Shown here one piece after another: positions 39,691-50,829 of a stretch of 64,000 nucleotides of DNA. Numbering within the stretch: the stretch's first letter is position 1; the number at the start of each line of letters is the position of its first letter. The position numbers were made by a program, and so were the translations under genes. Under the pieces are notes generated by a model, which saw nothing but the letters and a program-made list of their open reading frames with translations, had not been told where the DNA came from and searched no databases. The DNA comes from Epiperipatus broadwayi (Eukaryota; Animalia; Onychophora). The stretch is from assembly GCA_028023455.1 (NCBI GenBank), contig JAQFVV010000010.1:8060001-8124000 (forward strand), read 5' to 3'.

Positions 39691-41762
39691 TTATGCCTTT
39701 TCAATAAAGTAATTTATTTGTGTTTGTGAAAAAAAATTAAATATTTTACCATAATTTATATATACATCTTTAAAAATAATAAAAAACAATTTAAAAAAAA
39801 AAAAATCTATAGGTACTAAAGTAAATATTAAAACAACTTTATCACTATATGTATATAGATCTTAAATTATATACAAAGAAACAATTTAAATACATACATA
39901 TTATTTATTATATAAATATTGAAGCTGAATATATATGTTTGTATATATTGGCTTCAATTTTGATCCTTATTTTAGGTAGAACCATCTGTGTGTTTGTAAA
40001 TTGAATTACATAAAATACATTTAAATGTTTACATTAATTCACATTATTTTAAGTAATACCAACATATATGCGCCATGAAAAAAGCAGGAATATAAACAGA
40101 ATCAGTTTTTGTTAGAACATTTAGTAAAAGTAATTTCATTTTTTTTATATTTTAGTTTTAGAAAGAACTTTATTCAAGGAAAAAAAATATCTACAGATAT
40201 TTCAATTTAAAGGAAATAAATATATACACAGATATTTCAGTTTTAAAGGAAAAAAATAATAAAAAACTAATCAAAAAATACTACAATAAATATTTTCACT
40301 AGCATTCAGTGAATTATAATATTATTAAAAACAATAAAATAGGAAACAGAAAATGCATCTCACGGAGATTAGAGCACTGATAGACAAGTGACCAAGTGGC
40401 TGTGAAAATGTCTGATGGGGTGATTTTTTTTATCTTTTCGTTTTATTGTCTCTAATTTGTTTGTAAAAGTATTAAAATTTCTTGCATTACTATTGTAAAG
40501 GTAAATGAATCTCGTGCACCATAATGCTATAGTATCAATGTTGTACTTATTATTTCTGTGAAGCAAGTATTTGGAAAATACCCTATAATTGAACTTATAG
40601 TGACATTATTTTTTTGATACATTTTTGAAATATAAGATTGAGTGAATTGTAAGCTACTACACTCAATGAATATATGTTTTTAGTTCTCTTCTGATCTGTG
40701 TGACATACTGCCAATATTAAGTATGTTTCTCGTATATCACTTGAAATATAATGTTGTTAATGACATGTTCATTTTGAGTAGATTTTATTGTTTATACATT
40801 CCTTTTTTTGTTTGCATTAAAAGCTTTTAATTTCATTATTATGGTTGGATCAAGATAAAAATATTTACAAAACTACTCAAGGATAACTATTGAGTTAAAA
40901 ATATAACAGGTGTCTAGAAAAATAAATTCTTTAGGGAATAGGAATTTAATTTGATAAGATAAACTTTTATTTAGATTTTATGTAAATAAACTTGTAAAAT
41001 ATGTTTTAAGAATTCTAAAAGTTAATTGCCACTGGAAATTATGGGAGAAAATGCAGAAACTCTCATGCAAATAATCATTGGGTAGAACAGCAGATCCTCT
41101 CCAGTTGGCTATTTTCCAAAGATAGTGTAACAGTTGCAGCATGAAAACCATCCCTACGTCTATTATTGCAAACTATCTGTCTTGTGAAATTGAAAAGAAG
41201 CTTACAATCCCTTATAATAATATTTACCATGGATTCTAAAAGAAATAGTACTTCAAAAATGCTTTGCTTATTAATAGTTTTAAAATTATCGAGCATCAAC
41301 AATTAACAAAATTATAAATGGAAGAAATGAAATTCTGTGACAACAAAGAAGCTTTATATGCTAAAAAATAAATTCACTCCAAAGTTTCCTGTTGCAAAGA
41401 AAAAAAAATTAAAGTGAAGCTACACTTTGTTTCAATCCTGGACCATATCTGCATATGTAAATGCTTTGATCATTTTAAAATATAGACTCATGCTTATCAA
41501 TTTAACTTATGAATACATTCATACTTATTTTCACTCTCACTTTAATAACTCATCCTGTAATTTTTATTATAATGTTCTTAATAAAAATCTGATTACAAAC
41601 ATTTTTTTATTTCATAGTATTATAATTATTATATATTTGAATTCCTTTATGGGACTATATTTGTCGAATTATTATGTTATATCATATGACAATATTACTG
41701 TTAAGCTAAGATTAATAGCTGAGGTGAAGCTATAAGTTTGTTATTAGTGAGCCTCTATTTAT

Positions 41763-41807
41763 GGACTTAGCGCTTTCGGAGCACCTACAGCTCCATAATC
41801 ATAGTCC
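41763..41807 (-). ncRNA. Minimal type-I hammerhead-like motif, A3-U8 core variant (PLE terminal repeat, 3' copy)
   Basis: GGACT-ATGATTA-T-GGAGC(TGTAGGT)GCTCC-GAAA-GCGC-TA-AGTCC. Stem I 5 bp, stem II 5 bp, palindromic stem III AGCGCT. Confidence 0.7.
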
Positions 41808-41845
41808 TTTTTACATGCTGTTGATTCTATGCAAATGCATGCAAA

Positions 41846-44116
41846 TTATAACATCCACCTTTTCAAGATCACGAAGCACGTGTCTTTTCTATTGATTGAC
41901 ATGGCATCGCTGGTGCTGTAGCATGCCTCTTTAATCTTCCTCTTAACATCGTTCCTTTCTGTGCACACGATGTCGGCTTTAGACGGCTCAAATCTATGGC
42001 TTTGCTCCTGCTGATGATCAGCAAATACTGAGCTGCCCTCTCCTTTAGTTGTGGCTTTTGTATATATATATATATCTATGCTGAGCCAGTCTATTGCTCA
42101 CTGTGGCCCGAGTTTCCCCATAATATACCGAATCACATCCTGTCTGCGGGCACACAATTTTATAAATGACATGGGGGGTTTCTTCTATATTTCTTTTATC
42201 TTTGGTGTTGTTGATGAGCCTATTTGTGTTTGGAGGGGTTCTGAATCCAAGTTTGAATTCCTTCTGTAATATTTTACTGAAATTTTTAGCTACTGTAGAT
42301 ATGTAGGGTATAATTAGATGTTGTCTGTCATCTTTTGTGTTTTGTTGTAGTCTTTTATGAAAGCTTGCAATCCTTTTGGTTATTGTTTTGTGATCAAAAC
42401 CCACATTTATTAAGTCACTGACGTAGCTGGTGATGTTGTTTTTCCTGTCTGACTCCAATTTGCACAGGTGGTGATTGTGAAATAAAAAGGCAGACAGCCC
42501 TGCAAGTTTGTGTGCTTTAGGGGATTTTGAGAGCGGATGGATGTAGCCTCGGACGCATAAGGTTTAATTATCATGGAATAAACCAATGCTAACTTCTCTC
42601 TTTTAATTTTCAAATCCAAATACTTGACCGTGTTTTGCTCGTCTTCATGTGTGCAATTAAATATGAGGTTGGAAAGAGCGTGGAGTTCATGTAAAATCTC
42701 CATGATAGCATTTTCGGGTGCTGCCAAGAATATGTCGTCTATGTATCTGCTATAAATTATGTTTGGCACTGCTGTCTGGTACTTTGTAATCACCTGTTGT
42801 TCAAAGTGATCTAGCACAATGCTAGAAACGATGCCACTAATGGGGAGTCCCATGGGCCATCCGTTGTTCATTCTGTACCATTTGTTTTCATATGATGCCA
42901 AAATCCACAATAAATCATGCTTTGAGAGCTGGGCACTCCTTCCTATATAACTCCTGTTCTATTATTCTAATCGATAATTGTCTATCGATGGAGCCGTATA
43001 GCTCTGTGACATCCATTGCTGCCATCCTAAATTCATGCGGAATCTTTGCTTTTTCATTTTGCTCACAAATTCAAATGATGATTTAATTGTGCATGAACCA
43101 AACCCTATATATTCAATCAACCAGTCATTAACCAATTTGGCTGCATTGAAATAGTGGACGCCGTCAAAGTCCAACATTAGCCTCAGAGGTACTTGCTGTT
43201 TATGCAATTTTGCATTGGCAAAAATTCTCGGATGTACGGTTGCCGATGGGTATATTCTATAATACTCAGCTCTGTTTAGGCCTTTGTCTTTGTGTGCGCA
43301 CAAAATCGTGATGATAAACTTCTCTCTATTTATTTTATTGTTGAAAGATGTAACTTCCTCAAATTTCAATTTTTGTATCTGTGCATTTATTTTATCTTTG
43401 AAATCTGCATCATTCATCAAGACAAACCTGCTGCCTTTGTCCTTTTTCATGCACTTAATGTTGTTGTCATTGAGGAACTTTTTTGTGCTATGTAAAAACT
43501 TTCCCCAGTTGTCCCCTTCATTCTTTAAACGTTTGTTTCTAATGGATTTAGTCACTGCTGCGAAGACATGTTCTCTACGCAGGTTGTTGATCAACCCCGC
43601 CTCTATGTTGGCTATAAGCTCCATTTTCGGCTGTGTCCAAGATCCTCCTACAAATTTAGGTCCCAACGCTAAAGTAGACTTGACTTCCGGTGGCAGACGA
43701 ATATTAGACAAATTGACAAATGCCTCTCTTTTTCCCGAATTAGTTATGTTGATGTTCTGTTTACGTGCTAAGAAATTTAATTTCTTCTCAAAACTTACTG
43801 CCAATTTCCTTTCAAATTTGTCACATTTGCCTACAATCCACAAAGGTTCATTGTAATTGGCTGTTATATTTAAGAGGCGTATCTTTTCTTTCTTAAGGGC
43901 GTTTCTACAATTTCTTATAATCGTGTCAAGCAATCTTGCCTGTAGTTCTTGCTTTATTCTATCGCTGTCATAAATTGCTCTGTTGATTTTAATTATACAA
44001 CAATTAAGAATTATATTAAATTGCCTACAATTCTGTAGGAACTGAAGTCTTTGATGAAACTTGCGCGTCATCATGTCAATTCGTAGTACGAAACGCTCAT
44101 TATCAAAATTATCCAT
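41846..44116 (-). pseudogene. Full-length PLE ORF (RT plus C-terminal GIY-YIG), frameshifted
   Basis: Motifs LQFLQNC, FVNLSNIRLPPEVKSTLALGPKF, KDKGSRFVLM, PRIFANAKLHKQQVPLR, AMDVTELYGSID (+1 frame), GWPMGLPISG, RYIDDIFL, VIYKIVC...YYGET. Lesions: frameshift near 43050, CGA>TGA, 26-bp deletion near 42904, a 1-bp deletion, and a +4-bp (TA)n expansion at about 42061-42075. Confidence 0.9.
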
Positions 44117-44226
44117 GTTATTGTAATAAAGAATTTTATTTCACCCTTACTTTGTAAATTACTGTTAAGCTAAGATTAATAGCTGAGGTGAAGCTATAAG
44201 TTTGTTATTAGTGAGCCTCTATTTAT

Positions 44227-44271
44227 GGACTTAGCACTTTCGGAGCATCTACAGCTCCATAATCATAGTCC
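44227..44271 (-). ncRNA. Minimal type-I hammerhead-like motif, A3-U8 core variant (PLE terminal repeat, internal copy)
   Basis: GGACT-ATGATTA-T-GGAGC(TGTAGAT)GCTCC-GAAA-GTGC-TA-AGTCC, lying between the stop codon of one copy and the ATG of the next. Confidence 0.68.
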
Positions 44272-44309
44272 TTTTTACATGCTGTTGATTCTATGCAAAT
44301 GCATGCAAA

Positions 44310-45485
44310 TTATAACATCCACCTTTTTGAGATCATGAAGCACGTGTCTTTTCTATTGATTGACATGGCATCGCTGGAGATGTAGCATGCCTCTTTAATC
44401 TTCCTCTTAACATCGTTCCTCTCTGTGCACGCGATGTCGGCTTTAGATGGCTCAAATCTATGGCTTTGCTTCTGCTGATGATCAGCAAATACTGAGCTGC
44501 CCTCTCCTTTAGTTGTGGCTTTTGTATATATATATCTATGCTGATCCAGTCTATTGCTCACTGTGGCCCGAGTTTCCCCATAATATACCGAATCACATCC
44601 TGTCTGCGGGCACACAATTTTATAAATGACATGGGGGGTTTCTTCTATATTTCTTTTATCTTTGGTGTTGTTGAGGAGTCTATTTGTGTTTGGAGGGGTT
44701 CTGAATCCAAGTTTGAATTCCTTCTGTAATATTTTACTGAAATTTTTAGCTACTGTAGATATGTAGGGTATAATTAGATGTTGTCTGTCATCTTTTGTAT
44801 TTTGTTGTAGTCTTTTATGAAAGCTTGCAATCCTTTTGGTTATTGTTTTGTGATCAAAACCCACCTTTATTAAGTCACTGACGTAGCTGGTGATGTTGTT
44901 TTTCCTGTCTGACTCCAATTTGCACAGGTGGTGATTGCGAAATAAAAAGGCAGACAGCCCTTCAAGTTTGTGTGCTTTAGGGGATTTTGAGAGCGAATGG
45001 ATGTAGCCTCGGACGCATAAGGGTTTAATTATCATGGAATAAACCAATGCTAACTTCTCTCTTTTAATTTTCAAATCCAAATACTTGATCGAGTTTTGCT
45101 CGTCTTCATGTGTGCAATTAAATATGAGGTTGTAAAGAGCATGGAGCTCATGTAAAATCTCTGTGATAGCATTTTCGGGTGCTGCCAAGAATATGTCGTC
45201 TACGTATCTGCTATAAATTATGTTTGGCACTGCTGTCTGGTGCTTTGTAATCACCTGTTGTTCAAAGTGATCTAGCACAATGCTAGAAACGATGCCACTA
45301 ATGGGGAGTCCCATGGGCCATCCGTTGTTCATTCTGTACCATTTGTTTTCATATGATGCCAAAATATTTCCGTCCAGCCATTTCATGAAATCCACAATAA
45401 ATCGTGCTTTGAGAGCCGGGCACTCCTTCCTATATAACTCCTATTCTATTATTCTAATCGATAATTGTCTATCGATGGAGTGCGT
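44310..45485 (-). pseudogene. 5'-truncated PLE copy: RT C-terminal half plus GIY-YIG endonuclease, open for 361 codons
   Basis: ORF 44310-45395 contains GWPMGLPISG, RYVDDIF, KYLDL, HVIYKIVCPQTGCDSVYYGETRATVSNRLDQHR, SVFADHQQKQSHRF and RKIKEACYI. Confidence 0.92.
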
Positions 45486-48400
45486 ATATGACAATATATT
45501 TTTATATGTATATTACTTCATAGAAAAGATGATGTTTGAACAATCATATATATATATTTCAATCAAATTAATCCTGGGATGATTATTATTTTATAACTAA
45601 ATTGTAATATGTAATTTATAAATAGTTAAAAAGTTACATCACACCTCACCAATTCTGTTCACAAAATATTTTCTTTGAGTAGTCTTAAATAGTTAATCAT
45701 CAATTTGATTCATTTACAAGGTTATAAATCATTAGAAATAAGATTAATCATTCAATTAATAAAAATGGAATGATAGAAGAGAAAAACAAAATTGAAGGTT
45801 ATATTATAATAATGTAATTAAAAAATAAAAGCTTGAATGGTAATAATTTAGTTAAAATAAATTTTATAATAACTTTATTTAAGCAATTTATAATAACTAC
45901 ATTAAAATAAATAACTATGAATATCTGAATAAGTACCAATTATTAAATGTTTGTGATATTACTCTTAGTACTGCATGATGTAAATTCCAGATCAACAATA
46001 AAAGAGCAATTGATTTTGTGTGAATGATCACTGGATGAACAAAAACCTACTTAGATGTTTTACTTCATTTAATTAAATTATTTCTGAGTTCTTAGTTATA
46101 TCGATATAGGGATTCTTCACAATGCTTGACCAGCTCACACTTATATGATTGCATACTATTATTAATATATATATATATGAAATAGTTAGCCATTCATACT
46201 GAAAATGAACATATAACAATTGTTAATTAACAATAAAAAATAATAATAACTTGAATTGTGTCCTGTGTCAAGTGCTTGTAATTTAATTTGAAATAATAAA
46301 TGAAGATCTTAGCACCATTCATGTGGATGACCAGATGTCAGGTTGCTATAAAGAGAAGGGTAGGCCTAAACTTTATTTACAATAATAAAAAAAAAGAAAT
46401 ATAACTAAACTTAACCATCTCCTCTTTCTTTTCTATCAACATTACTAATGGAATCTTCCAAAGCACAAACTGTAAAGTTCACACCCTTGAGTATGAAAAT
46501 AAAATAACAATTAAAAAAATATATAAAGAAAAAATTTACAATAATGATCATATGATAAAATTTAATGGTTGAATCGAAGTTCATCAAATCATCCTGAGTT
46601 TTGGTGTGAAAGGCTTTGATGACATGGTTCAGTTCTTCATATCACTTTTCTCTGATGAAGGATTGTTCACATAGCGATATCTCCTCGCGTTGTTTAGAAT
46701 ACAAGCATGTCAACCCTTAGTTGATCTATCTTGATTTTCCTGCATACATCTTGGGTTGGACAAAAGACATTTTTTTAGGTGTATTATCTGAGTAGACAAT
46801 GGAAGTTTCACACAGTTATGTTAGGGAAGAGAATGATCAAACACTACACCATGACTGTTTTACCCATACACATTTTATAGTATCTTATTTGAATTCATAA
46901 ACTACAATTTAAATATTGACTAGTTTTCTTTCTGGATTAGATAAACTACTCCATAATTACATTTGATTATTGGCAATGTTTGTGTTCCCTTCTATCTGTA
47001 TTTGAAAAATATCCAAGTTTCTTCACTAACAGTTCGAAATTAAATTTTGTTATTGCACAAAGTTATATGAATTTTTTTTAAGTTCACTTAATAAACTATT
47101 CCTTTCAATTTGATGGACTTTTATAGCACCATATCTAATTAAAATGAATTATTATTTCGAACAATATTCTCCACTTTCTTGCATTCAAAATTCCTATTCA
47201 GTTGATGTTAAGTATTTATAGCAAAAGAATTATTTTTGAAGAATTATGATTTAAAATTGATTTTTTTCTTTTATAATGTCCTTGATTTCTGATACCTGGT
47301 GTATTAAAATCATCATTTTCTTTTAAGTCAATGTAGCTGCTTATTGTTGTATCTACATTATGAATGAAACAATTCACAAAAAAAAAAAATAATAGTAAAA
47401 TTACAATTTTATTTTCATACTCAGTTTCCTAGCAACCAAACTTGACATCAAGGTCAACTCCAGGTTGTTTTAGTTTCAGTTTCATGTAGTATTATTTGAT
47501 TTTAAAGCATACCGCACAATCTATCTAAGGTTGTGTAATAGTGTATATATGATAATTTATCATGACTTTCTTTTGTCAAATGATACCAAATGAGCATATA
47601 CATTGCATATATATATATATATTCATGCTTGAAATAGGGAAATAACATCCATGTGATTTGCACAAGTTTTAGATGGGTTCAAATTGAAATGTGAGCTAAT
47701 TTTGGCTGGTATGATTGAGTTGTAGCTACCCTTACAACCTGAACTAATCTAAATTGTATTGAGATAATAAACAGGTTTAGAACTAGTCAATTAAAAATGG
47801 ATGCAATCATTGGTTATGTACTTCATCACATCATCTCCAGTATTCTATCTGAAGACCCTAAGTCTGACTGTAGACAGATGTGGACCCTGATAGGTTCCGG
47901 ACCATTACAATATGTATATAACAGTAGCAAGCATATATGTGTAAAAGACTAAAATTAAAATAAATAATGTGGTTTATAATATTATATTGTGTGTGTAACA
48001 AGTGAAACACCCAACTAGAGGATATTTATTATGGAATTTCAAATTATTTTTTATTTATTTGTATTTATTATTGTTAAATAAATTGATTTGCTACTAAACT
48101 CATGTTATTTAATGTTTTTGACTCCATTCCAGCTGATATCTAATTAATATCCTTAGGACATAGCAAGTGATCTTCGATTTTTTTATAACCTTAGGCACTT
48201 TTATTCTTTGGACCAAAAGATACTATTCCATTAAGACATTACATGGCAAATTAATTATTATGATGCTTTTGATACATCTTGCTAATCATTAGTATAGTCT
48301 ATTCTCACCACTTTTATGCAATCTATACTCTACTATCATGCAATAAAAAAATAAAAAATTATGCTAATGAATAGCAAGGTGGAAGCAAAGGTAATATGAT

Positions 48401-48680
48401 GACTAGTTAATCATTGATTTCTTAAGGGTATAGTACCATTTCTGGCCAAAGAATAGAGATGCATAAGTTAAAAAAAACTAAGGCCATGATAATATATAGA
48501 AATTGAACTGATTTCAGATTTATATAACTAGATAAGTAAATAAGCTTGGATTAAAAAATTTTTTTTTTTACAGTTGGACTAGTATCTTGATAGCATAACA
48601 AAAGGATAAAACATAGTTGTTAGAAAAAGGAGCATTAGATTTAAAGCAAATGCACTATTCAAAAAAATTCAAAAAGCTAC

Positions 48681-48716
48681 CCCCTGATGAAAGCCATAAA
48701 TTAAACACCAATCTGG
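48681..48716 (+). ncRNA. Strongly decayed HHR, family 2/3-like
   Basis: CCC-CTGATGA-A-AGC-CATAA...CCAA-TC-TGG. Stem II 3' strand and GAAA are degenerate. Confidence 0.3.
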
Positions 48717-49928
48717 TAATATTTGGACAGGTCACCTCTGGATAAAAATTTATTAAGCACTATCTGGCATCTATTAACTATTCAATATTTTGCTAGATGG
48801 CATAAAAATAGTGTGAATAGAAGATTATGCAATTGTAGCTTACTGATAATATTTGTCAAGTTCTTAATTAAAGGTAAAAATAGAATCCCTAAAATGATTC
48901 TCATGGTGAGTAGTTAGATAAACAGATGATTTATCAAAGGTTAGGTAGTATTTTTTTAAATATAAATACATTTTTCTCTCATTTTTATATGTTTATTTTC
49001 TCACTATCTATTCATATTTTGTTAATCCACTTATCATGAATTATTCCCCTCCACTAATAGACAGTAGAATTGTAAGACACACTTCCATTTTTAATTAAAT
49101 GGGTAGAAATATTTTATGTCCTTCAATCTTCTCTGTTTAATATTGAACCCTCTACAAATTCTGATTGATTTATAACTTTTTATAATGTATAATATGCAAT
49201 GCCAACTTAATTATCACAATTTATTTTATATTAGTCATTATCTTGAATAAATATTTTGTTTTAAAAATTAAAGACTAGAATTAAACATTTAGTATCTAAG
49301 TAAAATATAAATAATTCTGAGAAATTTATTTTATATAAAAATGTAGATACACAAAGAAATTGATAATAATATATATATAGTATACAATAAATATATCTTT
49401 TATTAAATGTTTTATTTTAAAATGTTATTTTTTTATTTCAACTTTACTATTTATTTAACATTCTGATGTTATCCAGATAAAGACGAATGATTTATTTTTA
49501 GTTGTGTTTCGTATAAAATTCAATGGAAGTGCATAAAAATGATAAATATTCTCTAAAGAATTCTAAAAATATATTAAAAGAAATATAAAAAAAATATTTT
49601 TAATGTGCTGTTTTTCTTAAAAGAAAAATATATAAATAATAAAACCGATTTTTTATAATTTAAAATAAAATATTTTTTAATTATCTGATATCGTTTTTAT
49701 TTTGTTGTACATAACCATTAGAACTATTAATCATTCTTTTAAATCAGTTTTATTATATATCGTCTACTTGTCTGGGTAAACCATCTTAGGCATTCCTCCA
49801 GAATAATAAAAGAGAAAGTATTTTCCTAAACTACCAATTTCCTAAACTACCAATTGTAACTTGTGTTATATTTTCACTACACTTTAATCCTTTGCTAAGA
49901 ATAGGATCTATTCACTGATCAATAATTT

Positions 49929-50029
49929 TTTTTCATGTGTCATAGCATTGGCCGGGAAGCGAACCCGCCAACCCAGGACAACTGCTTGTAAGGCAGCTGT
50001 GCTGACCTCTTGACCACCAACGCTTGACT
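49929..50029 (-). mobile_element. tRNA-Gly-derived SINE, copy 2
   Basis: GTCAAGCGTTGGTGGTCAAGAGGTCAGCACAGCTGCCTTACAAGCAGTTGTCCTGGGTTGGCGGGTTCGCTTCCCGGCCAATGCTATGACACATG(A)n. 15-bp TSD with one mismatch at 49914-49928 and 50030-50044. Confidence 0.9.
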
Positions 50030-50829
50030 ACTTATCAATAATTTGATGATAAATTTAGTTGACATAGACCGTTTTAAAAAAAGTACAGAAAGGCTTTGAA
50101 ATTTTTCTGCTATTTAAAAAGAATCTCCACATTCCATTCATGTTCAAACCTCTGACCACAACTATGAAAAGCAGATGTGCTTACTGGTGTGACTCGATGT
50201 ATCTATCTAATAGTACACTATCATGAACATATAATTCTGCATTCTCATGAATGTAAAGTTTAATTAAAACAAAGTTCAGTCAAGTTAATTATGCATTAAG
50301 ATATTTAATTTATTTAGCATGCTCAATCTAGATTGGGATACATGTAAGCTTGTGGTTAAGACCTGTAGAGGTCCCAACTATCGCATTTTACGTGCATATT
50401 CTTGAGGTTACACCCTTTGTAAATGTTACATAACTCTCTTAATAGAGTTTACTTTGCCATTTCAAAGCTACACCATAAAACAATAAAGCCATTTTTATTA
50501 TCAAGATACATAAAAAATAATTGTATGAATAACATTAAAGCATCCATTTTTATATGTTGATAATTCTATTTAAATAATGAATATAAGATATGTTTTCGTT
50601 ATTCAGTTGAAAATTAAACTTGATTTTTAAATTGGAATTTGCCATTGTTTTTACTTGCTTCATTAAACTGTTCAAAGTCTTTACTAAGCATAGATCTTTT
50701 GTAAATTAACATTGATATAAGACAGTAAACACCATTTACAAATGTGTTAAAATGGCTGTCTGACTTATGAAATTATTGTTATGATAGTTTATTCAGACTT
50801 AGTTCCTTAGTATGTAAGGATATATATTA

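Larger units (their letters stand above)
41696..45485 (-). mobile_element. Penelope-like retroelement, partial-tandem insertion (one 2464-bp unit plus a 5'-truncated upstream copy)
   Basis: 44158-45480 repeats about 41694-42992 in direct orientation with a few percent substitutions. Identical 12-bp ATATGACAATAT flanks the whole insertion (41684-41695 and 45486-45497). PLE RT and GIY-YIG motifs are present. Confidence 0.93.

Noticed and set aside
42920-42930. In-frame TGA in the PLE RT as possible selenocysteine (as in some Naiad PLEs)
   Set aside because: The second copy has CGA at this position, so it is a CpG transition in a copy that is already frameshifted.
43284-43856. 190-aa plus-strand ORF
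   Set aside because: Antisense shadow of the PLE ORF with no recognisable motif.
42892-45582. Paired small plus-strand ORFs (42051, 42892, 44538, 45280)
   Set aside because: Antisense products of the duplicated PLE sequence.
46560-46720. Possible transposase-like peptide on the minus strand (YEELNHVIKAFHTKTQDDLMNFDSTIK)
   Set aside because: Short, stop-bounded and cannot be assigned to a family without a database search.
47849-47905. CTGAAGA followed by a hairpin
   Set aside because: No GAAA or cleavage-site geometry.
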